Source: a virus
Strand: one strand, 5' to 3'
IMG/VR virus record: IMGVR_UViG_3300023109_000018
DNA length: 64,000 nt
A program made the position numbers and the translations under genes. Positions 19,162 through 29,213 of this stretch are shown piece after piece. How positions within the stretch are numbered: the first letter of the stretch is position 1; the number at the start of each line of letters is the position of its first letter. Below the pieces are notes generated by a model. The model was given only the letters and a program-made list of their open reading frames with translations, ran no database searches and was not told the DNA's origin.

Positions 19162-19647
19162 CTATTTTTTCTTTGCCATCAAAGCAACTGCTTTGTCATA
19201 ATCAGCCTGAGACACTACACCTTCCTTGAGTAATTTCTCACGGTTGGCTAGATGCGCTGCTTGCGTCTCTTCTTTCGAACCACCATAATAAGGTACACAA
19301 TGACCCTCGTCAGCCATAATTGCTGTCACTGCTCTCCAAGCATCATGTTTGGCATCATAGGCATCAAAATCACCTAAGACACGACCAAACTTACCCTTCA
19401 TATCCTCACCATCTTTGGCGACCTGGGTCTTCAATACACAAGTCTTGCCGAGCAAAGACTTAAGTCGATTCTTGGCTGCAAGACCAAAAATCTTTTCTAC
19501 CTTGTCACTTGTTCTTGATTCGGGTGTATCAATGCCCATGATGCGAACACGCTCATCAGACAAGACTACACCAAAACCAAGTTCAATATCTACATCAACA
19601 GTATCGCCGTCGACAACACGGTTAATCTTTGCTCTATATTCGTACAT
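19162..19647 (-). CDS. thermonuclease (SNase-like)
   Basis: RVVDGDTVD, RIMGIDTPES, GKFGRVLG. Confidence 0.9.
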   Translation of the reverse strand: MYEYRAKINRVVDGDTVDVDIELGFGVVLSDERVRIMGIDTPESRTSDKVEKIFGLAAKNRLKSLLGKTCVLKTQVAKDGEDMKGKFGRVLGDFDAYDAKHDAWRAVTAIMADEGHCVPYYGGSKEETQAAHLANREKLLKEGVVSQADYDKAVALMAKKK

Positions 19648-19684
19648 TGTGGTTCCTTTTTTATTATTAGAATATTTTACCTAT

Positions 19685-19990
19685 TTATTCCTGCGGGAAG
19701 CCTTCTTGTACAAATACACCTATCGTACCGATTTGACCATCAGTAAGCTGCATGGCTTGTGGCCACATCATTTGCGACTGGGGACCTACTATCTCACCAT
19801 TCTTATAGAGTGTGAGCTTGGTGATGATTTCATCAGCAGATTTGTAATAGAGAGAAGGGCCAATGGCACCCTCACCACGAGCTCCATGGCAGGCTGCACA
19901 GGTATTCCACAGTTGACGAATTTCATAGAAGCGATCTGCACTTGCAGGTAGTGCGAAAAGAATGCAAGTAAAAGCGATCAAATATTTCAT
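19685..19990 (-). CDS. class I c-type cytochrome (c553-like), exported
   Basis: Signal peptide MKYLIAF...ASA, CAACH heme motif, distal MM; SD GAGG. Confidence 0.88.
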   Translation of the reverse strand: MKYLIAFTCILFALPASADRFYEIRQLWNTCAACHGARGEGAIGPSLYYKSADEIITKLTLYKNGEIVGPQSQMMWPQAMQLTDGQIGTIGVFVQEGFPQE

Positions 19991-20001
19991 AAAGGTTATC
20001 C

Positions 20002-20166
20002 TCATTTTGTATCATAAAAAACGCATGTGTATGTATGACGATTATCAGTCTCACCACACACCATGCAACGGTTTTGTTGCTCTTTATAATCAAACTGCCG
20101 GTGGTGTTTATCTTCCCATAAAGCGCGGTCGGTTAATTTCTTTTGATCTTGGGTTGTATCAGTCAT
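20002..20166 (-). CDS. small putative zinc-binding protein (54 aa)
   Basis: Translated by hand: ...RCMVCGETDNRHTYTC...; overlaps glyA stop and cytochrome SD. Confidence 0.5.
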   Translation of the reverse strand: MTDTTQDQKKLTDRALWEDKHHRQFDYKEQQNRCMVCGETDNRHTYTCVFYDTK

Positions 20167-21304
20167 TTAAGTATTTCACGATTCTCTCGGCCAAATGTGC
20201 AAACCAAATCTCATCGCGTCCTCTTGTTGTCTCAGCGGCAGTGCCGATTCTTATACCAGACGTTTCCATAAAACTTCTAGGGTCGTTTGGTATTCCATTT
20301 TTGTTGACTGTAATCCGGCGACTCTCAAGTTTATCTGCCGCCTCTCTACCCGAATATTTGCTTTTACTTAAATCGAGTAGAATGATATGGCTGTCAGTAC
20401 CGCCTGTAAGAATATCAAAACCAGATTCGGTAAAGACACCAGCCATGGCCTGTGCATTCTTAATTACCTGAGCTCCATATTTCTCAAAGTCGGTAGTAGA
20501 AGCTTCAACAAAAGCCTGAGCCTTAGCAGCAATAGTATTCATTAATGGACCACCCTGAGTACCAGGGAAGACAGAACTATTAATTCTTCTACTGTATGAC
20601 TTATCGTTCCATAGAATGATACCACCACGAGGGCCACGTAATGTCTTGTGTGTCGTACTGGTAATCACATCGGCATATTCAACTGGACTGTCATATACAC
20701 CAGCTGCAATCAGACCTGAATAATGTGCCATATCAACCATCAGCAGGGCTCCGACTTGATCGGCAATAAATCTAAATGCTTCCCAATCTATTTGTCGAGG
20801 GTAGGCTGACGCACCAGCGATAATCATTCTTGGTCTATAACTACATGCCAATTTCAAAACTTCTTCGTAGTTAATATAGCCATCTTCGTCCACACCATAT
20901 GTCATTGCGTCATAGATTTTACCGGACATATTGACTGGAGCCCCGTGCGAGAGGTGGCCACCAGATGCAAGATCCATACCTAAGATTCTATCACCGGGTG
21001 TTAAGAATGCTTGAAAGACAGCCCCGTTAGCATTTGCACCAGAATGAGGTTGGACATTGGCAAATTGGCAACCATAGAGAGATTTGAGCTGTTCGATTGC
21101 AAATGTTTCAATCTCATCCATATGGTCACAGCCATTGTAATAGCGACGACCTGGGTAACCCTCAGCATATTTGTTTGTAAAGATTGAACCACATAGTGCC
21201 ATTACCTCATCACTAGCAAAATTCTCACTCGCGATTAGCTCTATCGTAGTTTCTTGGCGTTTCATTTCATTACGCCATATTAAATCAATCTCGGGATGTA
21301 ACAA
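20159..21304 (-). CDS. glyA: serine hydroxymethyltransferase
   Basis: LIASEN, NKYAEGYPG, GGHLSHG, TTTHKTLRGPRGG (PLP Lys). Confidence 0.96.
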   Translation of the reverse strand: MLHPEIDLIWRNEMKRQETTIELIASENFASDEVMALCGSIFTNKYAEGYPGRRYYNGCDHMDEIETFAIEQLKSLYGCQFANVQPHSGANANGAVFQAFLTPGDRILGMDLASGGHLSHGAPVNMSGKIYDAMTYGVDEDGYINYEEVLKLACSYRPRMIIAGASAYPRQIDWEAFRFIADQVGALLMVDMAHYSGLIAAGVYDSPVEYADVITSTTHKTLRGPRGGIILWNDKSYSRRINSSVFPGTQGGPLMNTIAAKAQAFVEASTTDFEKYGAQVIKNAQAMAGVFTESGFDILTGGTDSHIILLDLSKSKYSGREAADKLESRRITVNKNGIPNDPRSFMETSGIRIGTAAETTRGRDEIWFAHLAERIVKYLND

Positions 21305-21548
21305 GACTTGTATCCTCCATCATTAAATGTGTTTGAACCGCTTCGTGAAACTCTCTGTAATGGCCAATATATTTATCGTCCCACCATATGTGAGGTATCT
21401 TTTGCATGTCGACATGTTCTGAACGAAGCTGTTTGTAATACTTGGATAAGCCAATGTCTTTATATTCGTACGGGATTCCGTACTTCTTTGCAAGACTTAC
21501 TGCATCATGGCAGAATCCACACTGCGCTGTGCCGTAAATTGTGATCAT
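21285..21548 (-). CDS. glutaredoxin
   Basis: IYGTAQCGFC, KIPHIW, YIG. Confidence 0.8.
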   Translation of the reverse strand: MITIYGTAQCGFCHDAVSLAKKYGIPYEYKDIGLSKYYKQLRSEHVDMQKIPHIWWDDKYIGHYREFHEAVQTHLMMEDTSLVTSRD

Positions 21549-21901
21549 GCTTTAGGTTGCTTTTCTTCCCAATCATCAATAAACGATAACTTCTTTTCTT
21601 CACCCCAACCATCTGGTCCTTCGACGAGATATTTGTTATCAGTGTCGAAAATACCCAGTATTGTTTCGCGATCGACAAGTCCCTTGTCAACCGTGTGCTG
21701 ACCTAGCCAAGATTGAGAAAACTCTTTCACTTGTTCAGCCTGCACACACTCTTCGAGCCACACTAATGCGGTCTCTTCGTCCAAGTCATGATCTTCGTTT
21801 AATTGTTGTAGTTTTTCAACTGGAATAACATATCTTTGTCTGAAGGTAGACACTACCGTTGCAACTGCATACTTGCCTTCAATTTCACTTTTCATAACCA
21901 A
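21545..21901 (-). CDS. hypothetical protein
   Basis: 118-aa ORF in operon. Confidence 0.6.
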   Translation of the reverse strand: MVMKSEIEGKYAVATVVSTFRQRYVIPVEKLQQLNEDHDLDEETALVWLEECVQAEQVKEFSQSWLGQHTVDKGLVDRETILGIFDTDNKYLVEGPDGWGEEKKLSFIDDWEEKQPKA

Positions 21902-21910
21902 ATCACCTTT

Positions 21911-22054
21911 TTAAATGAATAATAAACCTACGAAGAATCCTATATTGAGCCCTAATGAGCAGACTAATAGAAAATCCTTCGAAAAACTAGACTTCTCAAA
22001 CGTTATTACTTGCCGATCGTCCACTACCCTGTAATGTACTTTGCTGTCTTCCAT
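21911..22054 (-). CDS. small membrane protein (47 aa)
   Basis: Translated by hand; C-terminal hydrophobic helix. Confidence 0.45.
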   Translation of the reverse strand: MEDSKVHYRVVDDRQVITFEKSSFSKDFLLVCSLGLNIGFFVGLLFI

Positions 22055-22163
22055 CCGATTTGATTAATACCCTTGTCCTGATATCAGATCCAAAGTCTCG
22101 AGCATAAACCGTTTTGCCACGGTCAGGTGACTCGTAGATTTTTGGTACGTTCGTATCTTTCAT
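21996..22163 (-). CDS. small hypothetical protein (IYESPDRGKTVYAR motif)
   Basis: Translated by hand; SD AGGAG. Confidence 0.5.
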   Translation of the reverse strand: MKDTNVPKIYESPDRGKTVYARDFGSDIRTRVLIKSDGRQQSTLQGSGRSASNNV

Positions 22164-22175
22164 TTCAACAACTCC

Positions 22176-22430
22176 TTACATATTTTTGACATTATCTTGA
22201 ATTCTTGCCCAGATATATTCTGCCTCTGGGAATTCGACCATCTCGTCCACTTGCATGTCGATATAGTCTAGCTCGTCTAACGAAGCTGTGGTCACCTCTA
22301 GTTTCCACATGTCAACAATTGCCTGACTAAATGCTGCGTTATTCAATGCTTGAGGGCCAAAAGCTCTCACGAGATCCTCCAGTGAATACTCACGTGGGGG
22401 TTGTTCATTTCTTCTATCCTTTTTGGCCAT
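22176..22430 (-). CDS. hypothetical protein
   Basis: 84-aa ORF in operon. Confidence 0.55.
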   Translation of the reverse strand: MAKKDRRNEQPPREYSLEDLVRAFGPQALNNAAFSQAIVDMWKLEVTTASLDELDYIDMQVDEMVEFPEAEYIWARIQDNVKNM

Positions 22431-22860
22431 GTGCGGTATCTCCTTTCAACCAACCGATCTTTTCACCGGCTTTTACTCGACGATCATACTCTTCTACCGA
22501 ACCTGGATATCTCCAAGCCCAGACTAGCCAGAAAAGCATGAATAAACCTATACTAATCGTAGCAACTAGCTTTAATTGTAAATAAAGAATCCAAGCAAGA
22601 CTGAATAGACAGCAAGCCAACATCATATATTTAGCTTTTGTTGGATACACTCTTTTATTTGTCCAATTTTGCACATAAGGTCCAAATGTGGGATGTTCCC
22701 ACACCCATTTTTCTAGTTTAGGTGAACTTTTACTAAAACACCATAACGCAAGGAGTAGAAAAGAAGTGGTCGGAATACCCGGCACGAGGGCTCCTATGTA
22801 AGCCATCCCTACCGACAATAATCCTGCTGCTCTCCATAAATTTCTACGTATGTTCATCAA
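22414..22860 (-). CDS. ybaN: YbaN/DUF454-family inner membrane protein
   Basis: [30 protein letters not shown] motifs. Confidence 0.85.
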   Translation of the reverse strand: MMNIRRNLWRAAGLLSVGMAYIGALVPGIPTTSFLLLALWCFSKSSPKLEKWVWEHPTFGPYVQNWTNKRVYPTKAKYMMLACCLFSLAWILYLQLKLVATISIGLFMLFWLVWAWRYPGSVEEYDRRVKAGEKIGWLKGDTAHGQKG

Positions 22861-24043
22861 ATACTCCCTTCAAAGCTGTGACCAAGTCATGCATCATACC
22901 ATCATCATGTAATGGGGTTGGTGTAATTCTCAATCGTTCTGTTCCCACATCTACAGTGGGGTAATTTATTGGTTGAATGTATAATCCATATTTATTTAAC
23001 AAAGTATCGCTTATCGATTTACATTTCTTTGCATCACCCACCATAACGGGGACAATGTGTGTACATGCCGAATCGTGTATTTTCAATCCAGCATCTTTGA
23101 TCATTTTCTTCAAAGTAGCAGCACGTTCTTGATGCTGTTCTCTTAGATTGTTATGATCTTTTAAATAACGTATTGACGCAATAGCTCCTGCACAAACGAC
23201 AGGTGATGTTGATGTGGTGAAGATGAAGCCTGATGCGACTGATCGGATTGCATCAAGAACATCACTATCACCAGCAATATACCCACCGTGACAACCAAAC
23301 GCCTTTCCAAGTGTTCCATTTACTATATCTACCCTCTCTTCACCTATTTTCTCACAATATCCAGCTCCTGTCAACCCATAAAGACCGACTGCGTGGACCT
23401 CATCAATATATGTGATCGCATTGTATTCTTCTGCCAGATCACAAATCTCCTTAATCGGTGCGACATCTCCATCCATACTATAGACCGACTCGAAGACGAT
23501 GCAAGGTGTCTTACCTTCCATCTTGGCCCAATTTAAATAAAATTTGAGTTCACGTAGATCATTATGTTGCCAGACTTTTTTATCGGCACCACTGTGTCGA
23601 ATGCCTTGGATCATGCTAGCATGATTCTTCGAATCACTTAGATAAACAAGATTGGGAATGATTTCTGCCAAGGCAACCAATGACCATTCATTGGCGACGT
23701 AGGCTGATGTGAATAAAACAGAAGATTCTTTTCCATGTAATTCTGCCAATTCTTTTTCCAAAGTTACATGAAAATGAGATGTTCCACCAATGTTACGTGT
23801 ACCACCACTTCCAGCACCTGTCTTATCAAGAGCCGTATGCATGGCATCAATCACATATTGATTCTGACCCATACACAGATAATCATTTGAACACCAATTT
23901 ACGATATTCTTCGGAGCGTATTTTCCGTACCAAGTTGCGTTGGGAAAATCACCCTTCGTTCTTACAATGTCATTAAAGACTCGATACTTACCTTCGTCTT
24001 TTAATGCTTTAATTACATTATTAAACGGTGTCTTGTCGATCAT
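22844..24043 (-). CDS. hemA: 5-aminolevulinate synthase (Shemin/C4 pathway)
   Basis: [54 protein letters not shown]; start MIDKTPF. Confidence 0.93.
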   Translation of the reverse strand: MIDKTPFNNVIKALKDEGKYRVFNDIVRTKGDFPNATWYGKYAPKNIVNWCSNDYLCMGQNQYVIDAMHTALDKTGAGSGGTRNIGGTSHFHVTLEKELAELHGKESSVLFTSAYVANEWSLVALAEIIPNLVYLSDSKNHASMIQGIRHSGADKKVWQHNDLRELKFYLNWAKMEGKTPCIVFESVYSMDGDVAPIKEICDLAEEYNAITYIDEVHAVGLYGLTGAGYCEKIGEERVDIVNGTLGKAFGCHGGYIAGDSDVLDAIRSVASGFIFTTSTSPVVCAGAIASIRYLKDHNNLREQHQERAATLKKMIKDAGLKIHDSACTHIVPVMVGDAKKCKSISDTLLNKYGLYIQPINYPTVDVGTERLRITPTPLHDDGMMHDLVTALKGVFDEHT

Positions 24044-24401
24044 TAACTCTGTCCCAAATATTGTCGGCAGTAAACCGATAGGCCCCGATACATTCATACC
24101 GAGTCCATTTTTCAATTAAGCTCAGCATATACCCATTTTCTGCATTATACAGATAATATATATGCCCAACCTTTGGTACAAAATTGTATGTCGCACGATA
24201 CACCATCTCTGTTTGTTTTGCTGCTTCTACCAACTCTTCGTATTCACGATTAAGTTGACTCAGCCTCTCTTCAAAATATTTACTGGCATTTGCTCCACGT
24301 TCTGTTTTGAAGAGGTCAGTGTCCGGCAACTGAATAGCCGGAGCACTGACATTCGAACCATAAGGTAGGAGCCCAGGGGCACTAGGCAGCGTACGCTTCA
24401 T
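24021..24401 (-). CDS. DUF2452-like hypothetical protein
   Basis: [24 protein letters not shown] motifs. Confidence 0.65.
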   Translation of the reverse strand: MKRTLPSAPGLLPYGSNVSAPAIQLPDTDLFKTERGANASKYFEERLSQLNREYEELVEAAKQTEMVYRATYNFVPKVGHIYYLYNAENGYMLSLIEKWTRYECIGAYRFTADNIWDRVNDRQDTV

Positions 24402-25584
24402 CCCAATTGCCCGATAAGCCAGCTACTTCATACTCTGTCACTCGATTCTCAAAGAAGTTAGTATGGTCTGCACCATTCAATACCCATTCGAGCCAAGAAA
24501 GTGGGTTGTCTTTTACCCTGAAGTTCGGTTTCATGCCTAATTGAATCAATCGACGATCTGTGATATATCGAATGTATTGCTTGACCTCTGCCATTTCAAG
24601 GCCTTCAGTTTCACCCATCTTATAGGCTAACTCGACAAATTTGTCTTCTAACTTAACTACCTGTCGAGACATTTCATAGATCTCAGCCTTGAATTCATCA
24701 TCCACAATACGAGGATGTTCTTGGCAGAAAACCTTAAAGAGTTTAGAGTTGCCTTCTACGTGCATTGATTCATCACGGATAGACCATTCAACAACCTTGC
24801 CCATTCCTTTCATCTTACCGAATCGTTGGAAGTTCAGTAGCATTACGAATGATGCAAAAAGTGCGACACCTTCATTGAAGACAGATTTTGCAAGAGCAAG
24901 ACCAAGACCACGAATGGTATTAACGTCTGCCTCCATCATGTATTCAATCTTATCAGCCATTTCTTTATACTCAAGAAACGCATGATATTCTTCATTTGAA
25001 AGACCTAGTGTCTCATTCAAAAGAGCATAGGCTCTCTGGTGAATACCTTCCCGAGCAGCAAACGATGAAAGCATATTGCGAACCTCGTTGTTCTTAAACT
25101 TGGGAATGAACTGATCAAAATAGTTTTGGCCAACAGCAACATCGCTTTGTGTAAAGAGGCGAAGAATGTTGGTGATGTATTCCTTTTCGACATCGGTGAT
25201 CTTGCCACCCTTCCAATCGGATACATCTTCAGAGAGATCGAGCTCGTCTTCAATCCAATGAGCTTTTTCATGTCGAGTAGTGATGTCAATAGCCCATGGG
25301 TAATGAAAAGGCTTATATGTCTCAGAAAACTCCATCAAACCACCGGATGATTTCTTAATCAAAGTATCAGCGATTTTCATTAGATCATTATATGTTCCAA
25401 TTTGCTTGTCGTCGATAAAGATTTGAGGTACCGACCGGACGTTTGGATATTTCTGGTAGAATGACATACGTTGCTCTTCGTCATCCAATTTAATTTCTGT
25501 GAAAGTAAAATTGTGTAGTTTAAACCATGCCATTGCCTTTTCACAGAACGGGCAAAATGATTTAGAGTAGATTACTACTTGCAT
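24382..25584 (-). CDS. nrdB: ribonucleotide reductase class Ia beta subunit with N-terminal glutaredoxin
   Basis: N-terminal YSKSFCPFC..SVPQIFID Grx domain; EGIH, DESMH di-iron motifs; NFFENRVTEY. Confidence 0.93.
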   Translation of the reverse strand: MQVVIYSKSFCPFCEKAMAWFKLHNFTFTEIKLDDEEQRMSFYQKYPNVRSVPQIFIDDKQIGTYNDLMKIADTLIKKSSGGLMEFSETYKPFHYPWAIDITTRHEKAHWIEDELDLSEDVSDWKGGKITDVEKEYITNILRLFTQSDVAVGQNYFDQFIPKFKNNEVRNMLSSFAAREGIHQRAYALLNETLGLSNEEYHAFLEYKEMADKIEYMMEADVNTIRGLGLALAKSVFNEGVALFASFVMLLNFQRFGKMKGMGKVVEWSIRDESMHVEGNSKLFKVFCQEHPRIVDDEFKAEIYEMSRQVVKLEDKFVELAYKMGETEGLEMAEVKQYIRYITDRRLIQLGMKPNFRVKDNPLSWLEWVLNGADHTNFFENRVTEYEVAGLSGNWDEAYAA

Positions 25585-25653
25585 TGAGGGATCCTTATAA
25601 AGATAGTTTATAATTTGTTTGTGAATGATGCTTCTCGTCTTGTTGTACTCTAT

Positions 25654-27438
25654 TTACCCCTGGCATGCCACACACTCGTCTTGATTATCTTCCTTGCCAT
25701 TTACAAAACTACCAGGAGTCACCAAGTTGTCTAGCTTCTCTCGCTCAACCTTTTGTGAGACGTTTTCAGCCCTGTTTGATGATTCTGTGCGAAGATAATA
25801 TAAACCCTTGCAGCCCTGTTTCCAAGCTTGATAATGTACCTTATGGAGATAACCTTTGTCGGCTCCAGCAGGGAAGAATATATTCAAGGATTGTCCTTGA
25901 CACAAATGTTCTTGTCGATCACCAGCCAATCGAATGAGCCACAACTGATCAAGTTCGATTGCTGTTTTAAATACATCTTTCACATGATCAGACAAGAAAC
26001 GTAGATGTTGTACCGAGCCACCATTCGTAATAATTGATGACCAGATTTCATCGGTATTCTGACCCAGACGATCTAGTTCTGCTTCTAGGTATGGGTTCTT
26101 ATTTAGATGTGATCCCACACGAGTACGAGATGTAAATGCATTGGCTTTCCAAGGCTCGATACTGGGTGATGTATCTACAATCATTGAAGAATTTGCATTC
26201 GGAGCAATTGCCAACATGTGAGCATTACGGCGACCCGTCCCCTTCATGTCTGGAGCTTCTCCTTTCTCTTTACCCATCAGCAGTGTAGCTTTTACGGCTC
26301 TTGTTTTCATCAATGAAAAAATCTCGTCATTCTTTTCTACTGCTTCTTGTGAAGCGAATGGGATCATATTCTTTTGAAAGTATGAGTGTAGACCCATGGC
26401 CCCAAGGCCGAGTGATCTCTCACGCTGGGCACTAAATCGAGCTCGGTGAATTTCATCACCAGCATGATCAATGAAAAATTGCAGTACATTGTCGAGATAG
26501 ACTATAAGATCTTCGACCATCGTCGTATTTTTCCAGTCGTCGTATTTCTCTACATTGACTGAGGATAGACAACACACAGCAGTACGATCTTCACTAGTCA
26601 CGAGGTGAATTTCATTGCATAGATTAGAACCACGAATCTTTAGACCGAGGTCTTGCTGAGACTGTGGTAGTGCTCTATTTGCAGTATCGATAAAGTTTAG
26701 GTAAGGTTCACCTGTTCGATATCGAGTTTCTAATAGATGTTCCCACAATTTACGAGCCTTGATTGTATCTCTCACTGAATCATCATCGGGATCAATCAAA
26801 TCCCAATCCGCTCCGGCTTCAACAGCCTGCATGAATTTATCAGTTATATTCACAGCATGATGTAGGTTGAGATTCTTACGATTGACATCACCAGTTGGAA
26901 TTCTCATGTTTGAAAATTCAATGATGTCTGGATGGTCACAGTCGATATAGGCTGCATAAGATCCCTTACGAGTTCTACCTTGACGATACGCAACCATATC
27001 TGCATCAACAGTGTGAAGAAATGGCATCGGACCGGGAGCCTTCTTTGATACAGCTCGAATATCGGACCAATGACCACCGACACCACCACCCTTGACTGAC
27101 AACCACCGAAGCTCGGCACTATGGTCAATAAGACCCTCTAATGAATCTGGTACGTAAGTAAGAAAACACGAAATGGGTAACGCCTTTACAGGCTCACCTT
27201 CGATAGGAGCGTTTGAGAGAACTGGTGAAGCGAACATAAACCAACCCTTCGAAACGTAATCATAAATGCGTTGAGCAAGTTCTAAATCACCATAGGAATA
27301 AGCCACTGCTGCACGTGCAAATGCTTGTTGGGGAGTTTTCTCGTCTTCCCGACAGTAATAATCTTTCAACAACTTTGCTGACTGCTCCGATAGCAGTTTA
27401 TTTCTTCTATTATCAATTCGGATACCTAGGTGATCCAT
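25654..27438 (-). CDS. nrdA: ribonucleotide reductase class Ia alpha subunit (no ATP cone)
   Basis: SCFL, GSNLCNEI, CCLSS, APNANSS, C-terminal CVACQG. Confidence 0.95.
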   Translation of the reverse strand: MDHLGIRIDNRRNKLLSEQSAKLLKDYYCREDEKTPQQAFARAAVAYSYGDLELAQRIYDYVSKGWFMFASPVLSNAPIEGEPVKALPISCFLTYVPDSLEGLIDHSAELRWLSVKGGGVGGHWSDIRAVSKKAPGPMPFLHTVDADMVAYRQGRTRKGSYAAYIDCDHPDIIEFSNMRIPTGDVNRKNLNLHHAVNITDKFMQAVEAGADWDLIDPDDDSVRDTIKARKLWEHLLETRYRTGEPYLNFIDTANRALPQSQQDLGLKIRGSNLCNEIHLVTSEDRTAVCCLSSVNVEKYDDWKNTTMVEDLIVYLDNVLQFFIDHAGDEIHRARFSAQRERSLGLGAMGLHSYFQKNMIPFASQEAVEKNDEIFSLMKTRAVKATLLMGKEKGEAPDMKGTGRRNAHMLAIAPNANSSMIVDTSPSIEPWKANAFTSRTRVGSHLNKNPYLEAELDRLGQNTDEIWSSIITNGGSVQHLRFLSDHVKDVFKTAIELDQLWLIRLAGDRQEHLCQGQSLNIFFPAGADKGYLHKVHYQAWKQGCKGLYYLRTESSNRAENVSQKVEREKLDNLVTPGSFVNGKEDNQDECVACQG

Positions 27439-27447
27439 GTCTGCTCC

Positions 27448-28116
27448 TTATTCTGTTACGTATTCTTTCGCTAGTGGAAAGATTCGATAAATTGCGGTTG
27501 CACAAGCCCGTGCAAGTTCCATATGTTCCTTTTGGGTACCATTATCACTACGTAATTCAATGTAGTGAATCCAAGACCGTATGGTACCATTGACATAGAG
27601 TCGCGACACTGTAAGACCTTCAGGCAGTACTGATCTGGCCTGTTCTTTTGCAATCCCATTTTCGATTGCCCATTTATAGGCTAGTTTGGCTTCATGAATA
27701 ATACTCAATTGTTTCAGCTGCCAATCTTTTTTGAGTTCTGTGTCAGTTGTCGCGACACTATTTTGTCGGTTCTTCTCATCTTGTAAACGTGCTTCACGGA
27801 CTACAAAGTCAAGATCCTCGGTGGGATCTGCATAACGTTGACTAAATTCTTGAAAACTAAAACTACGATGACGCAATAATTGTCGAGCTATATCACGTGT
27901 AGTTTCAATTTCAAAACATGCAGAGGCCATTTCAAATGGCGACCAATGTTTATGTTTTGCCAGATATCTAAGAAGTTTCTCACTTGTTTCAGTATTCATC
28001 TGATTGGTTGGGTTTGAAACCCTTGCACAGAATGCTATAAGATCCTGAATATTATCAAGACCTTCTTGTTTCGTGGCTATTGTCGGCTGGGAGTAGCTGA
28101 TTAACCTTGCTTTCAT
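27448..28116 (-). CDS. thyX: flavin-dependent thymidylate synthase
   Basis: HWSPFE, RHRSFSFQEFSQRY, QKEH. Confidence 0.95.
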   Translation of the reverse strand: MKARLISYSQPTIATKQEGLDNIQDLIAFCARVSNPTNQMNTETSEKLLRYLAKHKHWSPFEMASACFEIETTRDIARQLLRHRSFSFQEFSQRYADPTEDLDFVVREARLQDEKNRQNSVATTDTELKKDWQLKQLSIIHEAKLAYKWAIENGIAKEQARSVLPEGLTVSRLYVNGTIRSWIHYIELRSDNGTQKEHMELARACATAIYRIFPLAKEYVTE

Positions 28117-28119
28117 TAT

Positions 28120-29142
28120 CTAAGTCCTTCTCCATTGTTGTAATTTTAATTTTGCTTCAAGTCCGCTGTAGATGTTATCTTTAATAACATGTTGAACGTC
28201 GCTGAAACCTGCCAATATCATCTCGTTTATATCCTTACCTGGCACATTATGTGGCCATATACAAATCTTGTATCCCTGTTCTATAAGTTTTTCCATTCGT
28301 TTATGGATCTCCTTATTACGAGGTTCAGCATCAAAAACAAAGACAGCATTTTCTTTCACATTTTTAAGGGCTGATGTTCCACCATCCGCACCAGCCATTG
28401 CCACGGAATTGCGTATGAAAAAACTGTCAATAGCACCTTCAACCACGTAGTACTGTCTACTAAAATCAACTGTGTCTAAGCCAAAGATCTTAGGTCGGTC
28501 ATCGAACATGATAGTAAGATAACGCACTCCCTTGGGATCAAAGCCTCGGGCAGATACACCAAAGACATTATTGTCTTTGTCTAAAAATGGTATAACCAAT
28601 CGTGGCTCGTCTTTACCTACATTTTCGAATTTATTTGGGATGATCGAGTTGATCCATCCTTTGAATTTTGGTGCGTAGTAAAGACGATAGTGCTGATTCG
28701 GAGGAATCTGCCTCTGATTTATATATCCCTTGACTGGGTGATTCCACTGGAGTTGACTAACTTTTTTAATTGCTTTTAAAGGGTTATTTTTCTTAGTAAA
28801 CTTCGGAGCAGCAGTTTTGAATTTGCTGTCGTCTGAGGTTGTAGTGATAGAGTTGTTTGCCTTTTTGATGAACTTCTCAGCGACATAATCATTGTACATC
28901 ATCTGGTCTTGACCCTTCAGAAAGAAAGGGAACGACATGCTGGCACCACAGTTGTGGCAATAATAGAGAAGCCCATTATCTTTTTCTAGGAGCCAACCTC
29001 GGGATTTGGAGCGAGACTTTTGAGAGTCTCCGCAGATAGGACATCTGAAATTAATCTTGTATGGGTTGGTCGAACGGATCTTGAAATTTTCCAATCTTGC
29101 CGAAAGAAGCTGGGCATACTGGATATCAACAAAATCTAGCAT
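28120..29142 (-). CDS. DNA primase (gp61)
   Basis: CPICGDS..CHNC zinc finger, RLVIPF, VEGAIDS TOPRIM, KDINEM. Confidence 0.95.
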   Translation of the reverse strand: MLDFVDIQYAQLLSARLENFKIRSTNPYKINFRCPICGDSQKSRSKSRGWLLEKDNGLLYYCHNCGASMSFPFFLKGQDQMMYNDYVAEKFIKKANNSITTTSDDSKFKTAAPKFTKKNNPLKAIKKVSQLQWNHPVKGYINQRQIPPNQHYRLYYAPKFKGWINSIIPNKFENVGKDEPRLVIPFLDKDNNVFGVSARGFDPKGVRYLTIMFDDRPKIFGLDTVDFSRQYYVVEGAIDSFFIRNSVAMAGADGGTSALKNVKENAVFVFDAEPRNKEIHKRMEKLIEQGYKICIWPHNVPGKDINEMILAGFSDVQHVIKDNIYSGLEAKLKLQQWRRT

Positions 29143-29176
29143 AATCTAAAGCCTATAAGGTTTAATTCATAGAGCC

Positions 29177-29205
29177 ATTATAATACAAACTCATATGATT
29201 GTCAA
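29177..29205 (-). promoter_or_regulatory. sigma70-type promoter
   Basis: TTGACA-N17-TATAAT upstream of primase-thyX-nrd operon. Confidence 0.8.
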
Positions 29206-29213
29206 CCGATTTA

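Noticed and set aside
24382-28116. Introns, inteins or homing endonucleases in nrdA/nrdB/thyX (also checked uvsX, gp41, topo II)
   Set aside because: ORFs are continuous and of normal length; no intein, HNH or GIY-YIG motifs seen
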